DNA of 64,000 nt from a virus (IMGVR_UViG_3300029922_000014:64001-128000), one strand, 5' to 3'. Counted from the first letter of the stretch, positions 35,325 to 43,950 are shown. Notes: generated by a model not told the origin, from the sequence alone. Numbers and translations: made by a program.

Positions 35325-35693
35325 TCAGAACAGGTCGGTTTGAGGAACAGCGTCGTCGTCTGACCCCTCCACCTCCACAGGTTCAGGTGCACGGACCGCT
35401 TGCATGGCTTCGTAGGCGTTGGCGGGTCTATTCTGTTTTCTGATCTCGTCGCGCTTGGCGCTGACTTGCGCCAGGACCGCGGCCGGCAGGCGTTCGAGCA
35501 GGATGCGTTTGTAGTAGATACTCACGAGCGCCTTGGACTGCTTCTCGCTCCACTCTTCGACGTTCCCAGTTCCGAGTGAACAGAGATTGGCGATAAGGTC
35601 CGACTCGAATGGGGTGAGCTTGGCGAAGTTGTCAGGCGCGGTGAGGGAATGGAGCATTCCTACGGACTGGGCGGGGGTCAGGCGCATGTTCAA
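35325..35693 (-). CDS. Hypothetical protein
   Basis: ORF in operon. Confidence 0.55.
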   Translation of the reverse strand: MNMRLTPAQSVGMLHSLTAPDNFAKLTPFESDLIANLCSLGTGNVEEWSEKQSKALVSIYYKRILLERLPAAVLAQVSAKRDEIRKQNRPANAYEAMQAVRAPEPVEVEGSDDDAVPQTDLF

Positions 35694-36043
35694 TCCTTAA
35701 CCGTGATGGTCATGTGCCGTCGGCCCCACTGCACAGCTTCGGCGTGGGTTTTGAATCTGAGGTCGATGTGAACGATTCCGCGCTTGGCATCCTTGCGCAT
35801 GGCGCCGCCGGTATCATCGACCTTTGCCCAATTGCCGTTGTTGTAACCGGTGACTTTGATCAGGGTTCCGTAGGGCAGGATGGTCGGGGCTGCGGCGATG
35901 CCGGTGGGATGATCGTCGGTATCGACATCGGTTGAGGTGATGCCGGAGAAGTCTGAACCACAGTAGCCGGTGACGATCGCCTGGAGTTCGACGGCTGGGG
36001 CGGTGGCGCACAGGACGAGCAGAGCGACGAGCTTGATTGACAC
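35690..36043 (-). CDS. 3D (Asp-Asp-Asp) domain protein, MltA-like peptidoglycan-active
   Basis: Signal peptide; VTGY...IAA.P..LPYGT.IKV.GY....VDDTGGAM......IDL.F....EA.QWGRR. Confidence 0.85.
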   Translation of the reverse strand: MSIKLVALLVLCATAPAVELQAIVTGYCGSDFSGITSTDVDTDDHPTGIAAAPTILPYGTLIKVTGYNNGNWAKVDDTGGAMRKDAKRGIVHIDLRFKTHAEAVQWGRRHMTITVKD

Positions 36044-36050
36044 GATGTCA
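36038..36050. promoter_or_regulatory. Box A palindrome
   Basis: Contains the TGA of the upstream remnant and the GTG start of the 3D gene. Confidence 0.85.
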
Positions 36051-36537
36051 GTCCTTCCCGAATCCGCCGGGCTTGTACGCGGCGAGGTTCTTGAAGTGTT
36101 CGAGCTTCGGGCTCGTGCCGTGGTTAACGCGGACCAGCCGGCAGAGTTGCTTCACGTCGCGGCCGGTGGCGCGGGGGAAGGCTTCGACCAGGGACAGCAC
36201 CGTCGCCTTGGTGAGCTTCATTCCGTAGTGGGTGCTCAGGATCGACCAGAGGTCTTCCTTGTCCTTGGCGCTATCCGGGACGCCATAGCTGACTTCCGCG
36301 ATGCAGCGGCTTCGGATGGCGTCGTCGACATCGTCCCCGCGGACTCTTTTCGTAGTGGTCGTGCGCCACCTGCTTGAGGCAGAGCAGGTCCTTCTTGGTG
36401 AACAGCCGGGAGTCGAACGATTTGGGCTCGCCGTCGTTGTAGTTCCAGCCCCACTGGTCAGGGGGATCCATGAACTTGGGGCGGGAATACTGCGCGATGT
36501 AGGATTCCGCGATGGCTTTGGTGATGAACAGTTGCAT
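36048..36537 (-). pseudogene. Internally deleted AAA+ ATPase remnant
   Basis: Out-of-frame 3' part reads RGDDVDDAIRSRCIAEVSY..P.....LW...TGRDVKQL (Arg finger and lid); no Walker A/B; junction near 36340. Confidence 0.55.
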
Positions 36538-36543
36538 GGGTTC

Positions 36544-36975
36544 TCAGAGTTCGCAGGCGTAGTGGGTGAGCAGGGGCTTCCAGGAATCGAAGTCGTTCGG
36601 GCAGTTGGTCGCGAGGTTCTTCAGCACACGGACCGTGGCGCGGTTGAGGAAGATCACCCGCGGGTTGTTGACCCCACCGCCAACGTAGTTGCTTTCGATG
36701 CGGAAAGGGCAGTCGAACCCCCTTGTCATCAGCGCCGCGTGGATGTCCGAGCGAGCACGAACATAGGTTGCGGTCGTTGCCGACAGGCCAGTGAAGTTAT
36801 CCAATACCGCTTCGACAGCGTCGCTGGCTTCCTTCGTGACGTCCTCGAACGACGTCAGGTTTCTGATCCGGTTCATCCGATCCTGGTGAAGGTCTTCGTC
36901 GTCGCCCGGGAATGACAGCTTCCCGATAAACGTGACGCCGTCGCTATTGTCGCTGTCGCTCATTCCGTCGCTCAT
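36544..36975 (-). CDS. Hypothetical protein
   Basis: GGAG SD. Confidence 0.55.
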   Translation of the reverse strand: MSDGMSDSDNSDGVTFIGKLSFPGDDEDLHQDRMNRIRNLTSFEDVTKEASDAVEAVLDNFTGLSATTATYVRARSDIHAALMTRGFDCPFRIESNYVGGGVNNPRVIFLNRATVRVLKNLATNCPNDFDSWKPLLTHYACEL

Positions 36976-36999
36976 GGCATTCTCCGGTTTGTCGGTCGG

Positions 37000-37527
37000 T
37001 TAGTGGTGGGAGTTGGCAACGCCGAGCGCGGCCTTCGCCATCACAGACGACAGGTAGTCGATCTCGCCTTGGGAGAGCTTGCCGAGACCGTAGCCGTAGG
37101 AGGAGAGCATGGCGGCGATACGGGCTTTCGCTTCAGCCGGCGCGTCCTCGTATTGCAGCGGGTTGTCCTTGGCGCCGATGCTCGCGAGCTTCAGGCCCAA
37201 TGCCCGGAGGTAGGTCACCGCCTTTTCCTCGCCGTAGGCGTGAATGTAGGTCTTGTCCTTGGTCACGTCGTCTTCGGTGAGGATCGCACGCACCGGCGTG
37301 TCGCTCCAGTCGATATCGATCACGCGCTTGCGCCAGCCGAGTTCGATCAAGCCCCACGGGGTCTTCACGAGCCACCAGGGGCTGCGGTGCCGGTAGACGG
37401 CTTCCTTGAGGATGTCGGCGTCGGATTCACCGTCGCGGGTCGTGATGTAGCCGTTGGGCAACCGCCAATGCTTGGTCACGGGGATACCGGCGAGGGTGAA
37501 GATGCCGAGGAGGGTGAGTTCGTTCAT
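37000..37527 (-). CDS. Conserved hypothetical phage protein
   Basis: PW.LV.TP.G.I..GWRKRVI.IDWS.T......DDVTK....IHA. Confidence 0.65.
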   Translation of the reverse strand: MNELTLLGIFTLAGIPVTKHWRLPNGYITTRDGESDADILKEAVYRHRSPWWLVKTPWGLIELGWRKRVIDIDWSDTPVRAILTEDDVTKDKTYIHAYGEEKAVTYLRALGLKLASIGAKDNPLQYEDAPAEAKARIAAMLSSYGYGLGKLSQGEIDYLSSVMAKAALGVANSHH

Positions 37528-37535
37528 GTGCTTTT

Positions 37536-37622
37536 CTAGGGCTGGTGCATGGCGCGGCGGGCGATGGCGAGGCTGCGCAGGCAGATGGCGTCGGTGATCT
37601 GAGCGTTCATGGCGATGGTCAT
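37536..37622 (-). CDS. 28-aa peptide (MTIAMNAQITDAICLRSLAIARRAMHQP)
   Basis: Directly behind a full cassette with AAGGAG SD; not in the ORF track. Confidence 0.5.
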   Translation of the reverse strand: MTIAMNAQITDAICLRSLAIARRAMHQP

Positions 37623-37628
37623 GGGAGA

Positions 37629-37720
37629 CTCCTTGGTCCTTTGGACCGCTGGTTGGTTGTTGTACCCGCATCATGGTGCGGACTGACATCGTGTCAATTG
37701 CTGTTTTCCGCGTTATGCGG
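37629..37720 (-). promoter_or_regulatory. Expression cassette 1: Box B (37708-20), Box A/-35 (37684-96), -10 CATGAT, Box C, SD
   Basis: All elements read directly. Confidence 0.8.
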
Positions 37721-38040
37721 AACTTCCGCTGGGATGACCGGAACGTTCGCCAGGATTTCGGCCTTGCGCAGCACAATGGCTTCCGCTTCCTGTTCGATGG
37801 TGTCGGTGATCAGCTTGGCGAGGTCCTGGAGGGTGTTGACCTTGACCGTGCGACGGTCGAGCGCCTTGATCAGCTTGGACACGACGGTTTCGCGCAGAAG
37901 CAAGCCACGATGCCCGGCACGCAGGGCGGGTTCGGTGGCGGCTTTGGCGCTGGTATATAATCACCGCCGGTGGGCTTGATCGCGTGCAGGGCGTTGCGGA
38001 ACTTGTCCTGGACGGTGATCGGAGTCTTGTGCATGGCCAT
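37694..38040 (-). pseudogene. Hypothetical gene split by a 2-nt (TA) slip
   Basis: Removing 2 nt from TATATA at 37954-37959 joins ORFs 37870..38040 and 37694..37903 into one 114-aa ORF with uniform GC3. Confidence 0.5.
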
Positions 38041-38046
38041 TGGATG

Positions 38047-38132
38047 CTCCTGGTCCATTGGACCGTTGGCGTTATGGCTGCATCCTGACATGGATTGACA
38101 CGATGTCAATCGAGACTTTCCGCGTAACGCGC
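38047..38132 (-). promoter_or_regulatory. Expression cassette 2: Box B (38120-32), Box A (38096-108), -10 CAGGAT, Box C, SD
   Basis: All elements read directly. Confidence 0.8.
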
Positions 38133-38189
38133 GTTTTCCGTGCCTTGAGCACCTTGGCGTACGCAGGACAGAGGTCGGATACAATCGAG

Positions 38190-38373
38190 CCTGGAAACGC
38201 CTTACAGGTGCCAGTAAACGGCAAACCCGACCCCAACAAGGGATCGGGTCTGGCGTGTTCGCCCGCGGTGCACTTTCACAGGGGAGGGGGGAACTCCAGC
38301 CGAAAAGATCAACGCGCTGCCCAAAGGAAGGAGTGCACGGGGGGACGTGCGGGCAGTGGCAGAACGGTAAGCG
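38190..38373 (-). ncRNA. Candidate structured non-coding RNA (~180 nt)
   Basis: Nested helices 38198-205/38367-73, 38209-13/38357-61, 38261-66/38349-54, 38268-74/38332-38, plus a hairpin at ~38223-38251; promoter TTGACA-N16-CAAGAT at 38377-38404. Confidence 0.5.
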
Positions 38374-38407
38374 CGCATCTTGCGCACTACGCAGAGTCTG
38401 TCAACGG

Positions 38408-39157
38408 TCAGGTGTGGCCGGGCGGATTGATCGGATCAAGTGGTATGGGGAGCTTCGGAGGGCGCAGGATTATACTCCCGTAGTTCGGTCCTGGACCGTT
38501 ACCAGTCTGCAAAAGGATCGTCGATGCGGCCATGTGCCGACCGTTGCCGCTGTGGTCGGTGAGGTCGCGGGCGGTGGGTAGTGGCCAATAGGCGTATGGA
38601 CTGCCAATGATGGGCGGGTTCGAGTTGGCTTCCGCAACCAATTGGGTCGGGGTCATGGCGACCTGCCAAATCTTGACCGATTCGAGACTACCGACGAACT
38701 GCGCATGTGCGGTCGACGAGAACAACACGATGCGATCGAACGGGAAGCGGTTGCGGACATCCAGAAGCTGCAAGCTCAATTGCCCGTCGAAGTAGTAACT
38801 GCTGAGGGAACCATCGGAGATGAACCCCCAGTGATGCCAGCGTGTGTCGAGGCTTGGCCACTGCCCCGTAGTCTGGATGCGGTCACCGACAAAGAGTTCA
38901 GGAGTCAGGCCGGATTCATCGGATCCCAGGTACAGTGACTCGGGGCCGCCTTCCGTGCAAATGGCGATGGCGGCGGCGCGCGCGTTGGTGGGCTTCTCCC
39001 AACGCACCCACATGGACACTGTCAGAGGTCCGGTCCCTGGCCCTGCCTGCGGTGACGCGAAAACGCCGCCATAAGGCCATTCCAGGTGGCACTCCCGGAA
39101 GATCGCGTTGCCGATCCCCGGGCCGTAACCGATGACTGCGATGGTCGTGACGCTCAC
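38408..39157 (-). CDS. LamG/concanavalin-like jelly-roll protein (probable virion or adhesion protein)
   Basis: LTVSMWVR, WHHWGF..DG.....YFDG, F.GSL..VKIW..A.T, YWPL, D.SGNGRH. Confidence 0.75.
   Translation of the reverse strand: MSVTTIAVIGYGPGIGNAIFRECHLEWPYGGVFASPQAGPGTGPLTVSMWVRWEKPTNARAAAIAICTEGGPESLYLGSDESGLTPELFVGDRIQTTGQWPSLDTRWHHWGFISDGSLSSYYFDGQLSLQLLDVRNRFPFDRIVLFSSTAHAQFVGSLESVKIWQVAMTPTQLVAEANSNPPIIGSPYAYWPLPTARDLTDHSGNGRHMAASTILLQTGNGPGPNYGSIILRPPKLPIPLDPINPPGHT
38421..38458. repeat. 38-bp exact direct repeat, copy 2
   Basis: In the 3' end of the LamG gene; identical to 34939-34976. Confidence 0.9.
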
Positions 39158-42100
39158 TTCTTGCCCATGGTCCCAAGCGACGTCTTCATGCCGGTATGGT
39201 GTTCGATGGTGCGGTGCAGGTCGTCGGCGTAGACGCCGTCCGCGGAATGCTTCACGGTGTACTTGCCGCCGCTGATCTTGCCAAAGTCCACCTTGTAGGT
39301 GTCGTCGGGCTTGAGGTGCACCTTGATGTGGTTGACGTTCTTGGCGTTCTTGCCGATCTTGAACTGGTAGGATGGCATGCCGGTGCCGGGAACGTGGGTC
39401 TCCTTGCCGTCCTCACCTTTGGTAGTGTAGCCCTGCCCGTGGTCGACCATCATGTTCTTGGCGCCGAGCATGAAGTGCGCCTTGGCACCGATCTGCTTGT
39501 GGATCGCGTGCGCCTTCTCCAGGCCTTCCTTGGCGGCCTTCTCGTTGATGGCTTCGGTAAGGGATTCTTCCTTCTTGCCGAAACCGGGGGCGGCGCGGAC
39601 GCCGTGCTTCTCGCGAACCTTGGCTCGGGCTTCCGGGTCCTGCTTGTGGCCCATGTGCCCCTTGTCGGGCGTGCTGCCGCCCCACTTGCCGCTGTTGATG
39701 TTCTTGAGGATGTCGGAGTACTTGATCTCCATCTTCCCCGGCTTGTGGCCATCCTTGATCGCGTAGGTAGAGACGACGAGCGTCGCGCGGTCCTTATCCA
39801 GGTCGCGGGACTTGATCGTCCACCAGACGTTCTTGATGACTACGGACTTGTTCGGAACGAAGTACTTCCGCAGGTCCTTGTCGTTGAGTTTGCCTTCGGT
39901 CAGCGATTCGTTGTGCAGGTGGATGTGGACGTGCTTGGCCTTGTCCTCGGGGCCTTCGTCTTCGTCGTCGTCGTCTTCATCACCCTTGCTGTTGGCACCG
40001 CCTTCCTCTTCTTCTTCGTCCTCTTCGTCGGGAACGTCGTCGGTACCGGTAGCGCCGGGAGCCGGCGGCGGGACAACGGTCGGGTTGGGCAGTTCGTTGG
40101 CGCCCTGCGCACCAGCACGGGTCATCATCTGTTCGCCCATCTTCGGGACGGAGATGTAGCCGGTGGGGCTGGCCTTCCATTCGTTGGGCTTGAGCCCAAA
40201 GCGCTCTTCGATGCGGACTTCCATCGCGTCGATGTCGCAGTCGGCGCACAGGAGCATATCGTAGTAGGTCTGAACGTCGGCCACGGTGAAGTTCTTGGGA
40301 TCGACACCCTCCGCCAGGATCTTGGCCTTCGCGTCGTCGAGCCGCGTCTTGGCTTCCGTGGTCAGGTTCTTGGACAGCCCAACATACAGCTTCAGCCGCG
40401 CGGCGGCGGTCTTGGCGTTGGGTGACGATTCCAGGAGCCCCTTGGCGATCGACGCGGCAGAGCCCTCAAAGAAGTTCTCCGGCGGGGTCCAAGATTCGCC
40501 CAGTTGGACGAAGTTCTTGCCCTTCATCGCCTGCATCGCGTTGCCCTTGGTCGTGGCGCGCACGCAGGAGACAACCAATTGCCCGTCGGCGTCCATGGTC
40601 TGCTGCATCAGCGATTCGGCTTGATCCATGGTCAGAGCGTTGTTGTTCACCAATTCCCAGCCGTCCTTGGTCTTCTGGCAGATCCAGTAGTCGCAGGAGG
40701 CTTTGCCAGCGGCTTCGGTAGTGGCCTTCTTCGCGAAGCCATGCTCATCGTGGTGGACCTTGTCGAACGTCTTGGCCCGGAGCTTCCCCATGGCTTCGCT
40801 GTGATCCTTGGCCTTGATGTATGCGGCGAAGTGCGGCTTACCGTGAGGGTAGGTCTTCTCGTTGTTTGGACCGGTGTGCGGCGTCAGCGCGTTGTCGATC
40901 GTGCGCTCCAATTCGCCCTTGGTCTTCTTGCCCTGGCCCAGAATGGGCTCATGCATCGTGGTGCCCTTGGCGCCCCGACCGATCACAGGGTAGTGCATGG
41001 TTTCGTCGATTGACGCGATGTCAGTGGCCTCAGTGATGCTCTTCACATGGACGCGGGAATCGTTGTGGACCGGATCATGCGACTGCACCGACGTCGCAAA
41101 CATCTCGGCGTGTTTCTTCGCACCGAACTTGAAGGCGTGATGCTGTTCCTTCGTGTCGCCGCGCGTGCTGGTTCCAACATGCTCACCGGACCGATGACCC
41201 ATGGCACCGGCGGCCTTCTTCAAATGATCGACCGTGAACGGCTTGCCCGACGAATGCTTGGCACTGTGGGCCACCAGCACGTAGTGAGCTTCGTCGATGC
41301 CTTCGTTGCGGCGCTTGAGCATGTTGCGGGCGGTGCCGCGCTTGCGCTTGCCGAGCATGCCGTACTTGGACGGGAAGCTGGCACGGACGGGAGCGAAGGA
41401 GGCAGAGGCGAATCCGCCTACGGTGCCGGAGCGGGTCATCTCGTCGATGTAGTCGAGGAATGATCCGGGAAGCTCCACCTCTGCGCCCTCAGCATTGAGG
41501 AAGATCAGGTCACCGTTGACGTCTTCCGACATGGAACAGGTGTCGCCGGCCGGGGAGATGACGGTCACACCTTCGGTGCCGATGACAAGCTTCCAGGTCT
41601 GGTCTGATTCGACGGATTCCTTGACGGAAAAGTCGCCCATCAGAAAGTTCATGATGTCGACGTGGGCGGCGGTCGAATCGCCATTGTGCTTGGTCAGGAT
41701 CTTGTCGATCCCACTACGGTAGAGAACCATGTCGCCTTCGTCGACGTAGCGGAACACATTCTCGTCATCGCGGATGGTCACGGAGACGACGCCGGGTTCG
41801 ATCTCGACTACTTCCCAGGCCGGCTGCTCCAGCGATTCGCGGACCTTGGTCGCGGCGTCAGCGGGCTGTTCGTCGGCGTTGGGGTCCTTGATCTTCTTCG
41901 GCGGGACGGGCTGCTTGCCGAGCGGGGTACATTCGATGATCGACACATCGGAGACGCGGTCGTTGGCGATGTCGGTGGTGCCGGCGGTCAGGGACAGCTT
42001 GTATTTGAGGAACTGTGCTTCCCCCAGCTTGCCGGTGTCGTCGCGGGTCAGGGCGCCCTCGAAGATGGCGGTGAAGCTCTTGGGGCCGACTACGGTCTCG

Positions 42101-42372
42101 ACGAGCTTCGCGTAGAGCGAGGCGGATTCCTGCATCAGCCAGGACTCGAACTGCAACGCGCACAAGCCGACGTCGGTCGCGGTGAAGATCGGATCGCGGG
42201 CGAGGAACTGCGCGGCGAAGGTCTTCGGATCGTCCTGCACGCCGGCCCACTCCAGGACCTTGTTGATGACGGCGCGCGGATGGGCGATGGTGTCGCCGGT
42301 CTCGATCAGGTCGAGTTCAGCGCGGAGCGCGGCGATGTCTTCGGTCTTCGGTTGGATCGTGAGCTTCTTCAT
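39154..42372 (-). CDS. Large (~1070 aa) putative internal-head/virion polyprotein
   Basis: Strong codon bias; many hydrophobic-x-E|(A/S/G) motifs between His/Lys-rich modules; acidic linker; degenerate Box A at 41011-41023. Confidence 0.6.
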   Translation of the reverse strand: MKKLTIQPKTEDIAALRAELDLIETGDTIAHPRAVINKVLEWAGVQDDPKTFAAQFLARDPIFTATDVGLCALQFESWLMQESASLYAKLVETVVGPKSFTAIFEGALTRDDTGKLGEAQFLKYKLSLTAGTTDIANDRVSDVSIIECTPLGKQPVPPKKIKDPNADEQPADAATKVRESLEQPAWEVVEIEPGVVSVTIRDDENVFRYVDEGDMVLYRSGIDKILTKHNGDSTAAHVDIMNFLMGDFSVKESVESDQTWKLVIGTEGVTVISPAGDTCSMSEDVNGDLIFLNAEGAEVELPGSFLDYIDEMTRSGTVGGFASASFAPVRASFPSKYGMLGKRKRGTARNMLKRRNEGIDEAHYVLVAHSAKHSSGKPFTVDHLKKAAGAMGHRSGEHVGTSTRGDTKEQHHAFKFGAKKHAEMFATSVQSHDPVHNDSRVHVKSITEATDIASIDETMHYPVIGRGAKGTTMHEPILGQGKKTKGELERTIDNALTPHTGPNNEKTYPHGKPHFAAYIKAKDHSEAMGKLRAKTFDKVHHDEHGFAKKATTEAAGKASCDYWICQKTKDGWELVNNNALTMDQAESLMQQTMDADGQLVVSCVRATTKGNAMQAMKGKNFVQLGESWTPPENFFEGSAASIAKGLLESSPNAKTAAARLKLYVGLSKNLTTEAKTRLDDAKAKILAEGVDPKNFTVADVQTYYDMLLCADCDIDAMEVRIEERFGLKPNEWKASPTGYISVPKMGEQMMTRAGAQGANELPNPTVVPPPAPGATGTDDVPDEEDEEEEEGGANSKGDEDDDDEDEGPEDKAKHVHIHLHNESLTEGKLNDKDLRKYFVPNKSVVIKNVWWTIKSRDLDKDRATLVVSTYAIKDGHKPGKMEIKYSDILKNINSGKWGGSTPDKGHMGHKQDPEARAKVREKHGVRAAPGFGKKEESLTEAINEKAAKEGLEKAHAIHKQIGAKAHFMLGAKNMMVDHGQGYTTKGEDGKETHVPGTGMPSYQFKIGKNAKNVNHIKVHLKPDDTYKVDFGKISGGKYTVKHSADGVYADDLHRTIEHHTGMKTSLGTMGKK

Positions 42373-42439
42373 GCCCCGAAACGTAGTGGAGGCGTACGAG
42401 CGGGGAAGGCAGAAACAACGAACCTCGGGAACCTCAGGA

Positions 42440-42976
42440 TCAGATATGTGCCCAGCGCCTGGGAGCGCCACCGCGAAAAGGAGCAATAGCACGAATCGCC
42501 CGCGGTGAAACTCCGTATTTCGACGCTACTGCAATTACGGCGCCGTCTCGCCATGTGCGGTGTTTCAATATATCACGAATTGCCAGAACATCTGCTTCAC
42601 TAAGCCGGGCTGCGCCATGTTTTTCCCCATGTGCGTGACGACGCTGTGCCACAGTATCTGCAATATTATCAATTTGTGTCCCAAGCACGAGATGCTGCGG
42701 ATTCACACAAGCGGGGTGGTTGCAACGATGCCTAACAACTGCGCCATCCGGAATATCCCCATAGGCCATTTGCCAAGCCCACCGATGCGCTTTGACCGGC
42801 CACGATGAAATAATTCGAGACGAAACAGGACGAAACTCGCCATACCCATTCGGATTCTTAGCGCCCGTCCAGAGCCAGCAGGTATCGGTTTTTTGCACCT
42901 TCGCGTAAAATCGCTTCCGCGCGGTCAAATAACCTGCATCTGTACGTTGCTGTACCGTCAAACGCTTCCGCACCAT
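42440..42976 (-). CDS. HNH homing endonuclease
   Basis: CWLWTGA....GYG.F...AHR.AW...VRHRCNHPACVNPQHL..GT..DN. Confidence 0.9.
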   Translation of the reverse strand: MVRKRLTVQQRTDAGYLTARKRFYAKVQKTDTCWLWTGAKNPNGYGEFRPVSSRIISSWPVKAHRWAWQMAYGDIPDGAVVRHRCNHPACVNPQHLVLGTQIDNIADTVAQRRHAHGEKHGAARLSEADVLAIRDILKHRTWRDGAVIAVASKYGVSPRAIRAIAPFRGGAPRRWAHI

Positions 42977-42984
42977 ATTCAACC

Positions 42985-43950
42985 CTAACCCTCCATGAGA
43001 CAGGTGTCAGCGAAGTCCACAGCGAGTTTGACAACATCGGCTTCACGTGCAATCACACGCTGCCATTCCAGCGGCAGCGCCTCTGCACCATGGATCCATC
43101 CGGACAGCGCGCCGGTAATCGCCGCCGTCGTATCAGTGTCAGACCCTAAGTTCACTGCGGCCAGGACGCTATGCGCAAATGCTTCGGTACCAACCAGACC
43201 CAAGGTCTCTGTCTGGTGCAAGCACCACACTGCGGATTCCAGCGAATGGATGCAGTACCCTCCGCTCTGAATGTCCCTGCGCGCGGCAGCGAAAATCGAA
43301 CCATCCTCAAGGCGAGCAAACTCGCGCTTATCCTCGGTCCCGAGCAACATGCCGCCGACAGCCATGGCCAACGCTTCGCGAATGCTGCGCCCGTTAGCCA
43401 GCGGCGAGAGCATGCGCGCATGCGTAACACACGTATAGGTCGAACGGTCGTGGGCGTGCGTCAGGGCGGACCCCTCGCGGGCAAAACGTTCGATATGGTG
43501 CGGATTGCTGAAAAGGGCATACACGTTCAAGGGCATGCAACGCATCAAGCTGCCATTGCCGTTGCTGCTCAGACTGGTGCCGCCGCACTGACTGGCAGGA
43601 AAACCGGCTTTGCGCTTGGCAATCGCTGCGCGCGTCGCATTTCCACAGTCGAAGTTCACACCGTGGGCGGTCCAAGTCGCATGGTCATACCAGGAAACAA
43701 ACGAATCCATGACGGCTTCGAGGTCCCAGCCCTTGCGGACCAGAACGTCAGCGGCGGCCAGGGTCATGGAGGAGTCGTCAGACCACGTCCCAACCGGTTG
43801 ATTCCAGGTGCCGTGTCCACGCATCTCTTTAATCGGATCCGCATCGCGTGCTTCACGGGTGCTGAACTCTGCATAAACCCCAAGAGCGTCGGAAATGCAG
43901 GTGCCGATGATCGAACCGATGATGCGCGAGCGAAGGGTGGGGGTCGACAT
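42985..43950 (-). CDS. ADP-ribosylglycohydrolase (DraG/ARH family)
   Basis: DALG..EF, GTWSDDSSM, GNGSLMR, LTHAH, AVNLG.DTDTTAAITGAL. Confidence 0.92.
   Translation of the reverse strand: MSTPTLRSRIIGSIIGTCISDALGVYAEFSTREARDADPIKEMRGHGTWNQPVGTWSDDSSMTLAAADVLVRKGWDLEAVMDSFVSWYDHATWTAHGVNFDCGNATRAAIAKRKAGFPASQCGGTSLSSNGNGSLMRCMPLNVYALFSNPHHIERFAREGSALTHAHDRSTYTCVTHARMLSPLANGRSIREALAMAVGGMLLGTEDKREFARLEDGSIFAAARRDIQSGGYCIHSLESAVWCLHQTETLGLVGTEAFAHSVLAAVNLGSDTDTTAAITGALSGWIHGAEALPLEWQRVIAREADVVKLAVDFADTCLMEG

Noticed and set aside
34939-38458. Diversity-generating retroelement TR/VR pair
   Set aside because: The repeat is short and its core identical, there is no clear adenine-specific mismatch pattern, and no reverse transcriptase is present in the window
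39196-40425. Long opposite-strand ORFs (also 3466..4380, 6774..8003, 17646..18656, 43171..44181, 52289..53287, 55024..56088, 57014..58210, 61189..62310)
   Set aside because: Antisense shadows of well-supported genes, expected with high GC3; no motifs or RBS
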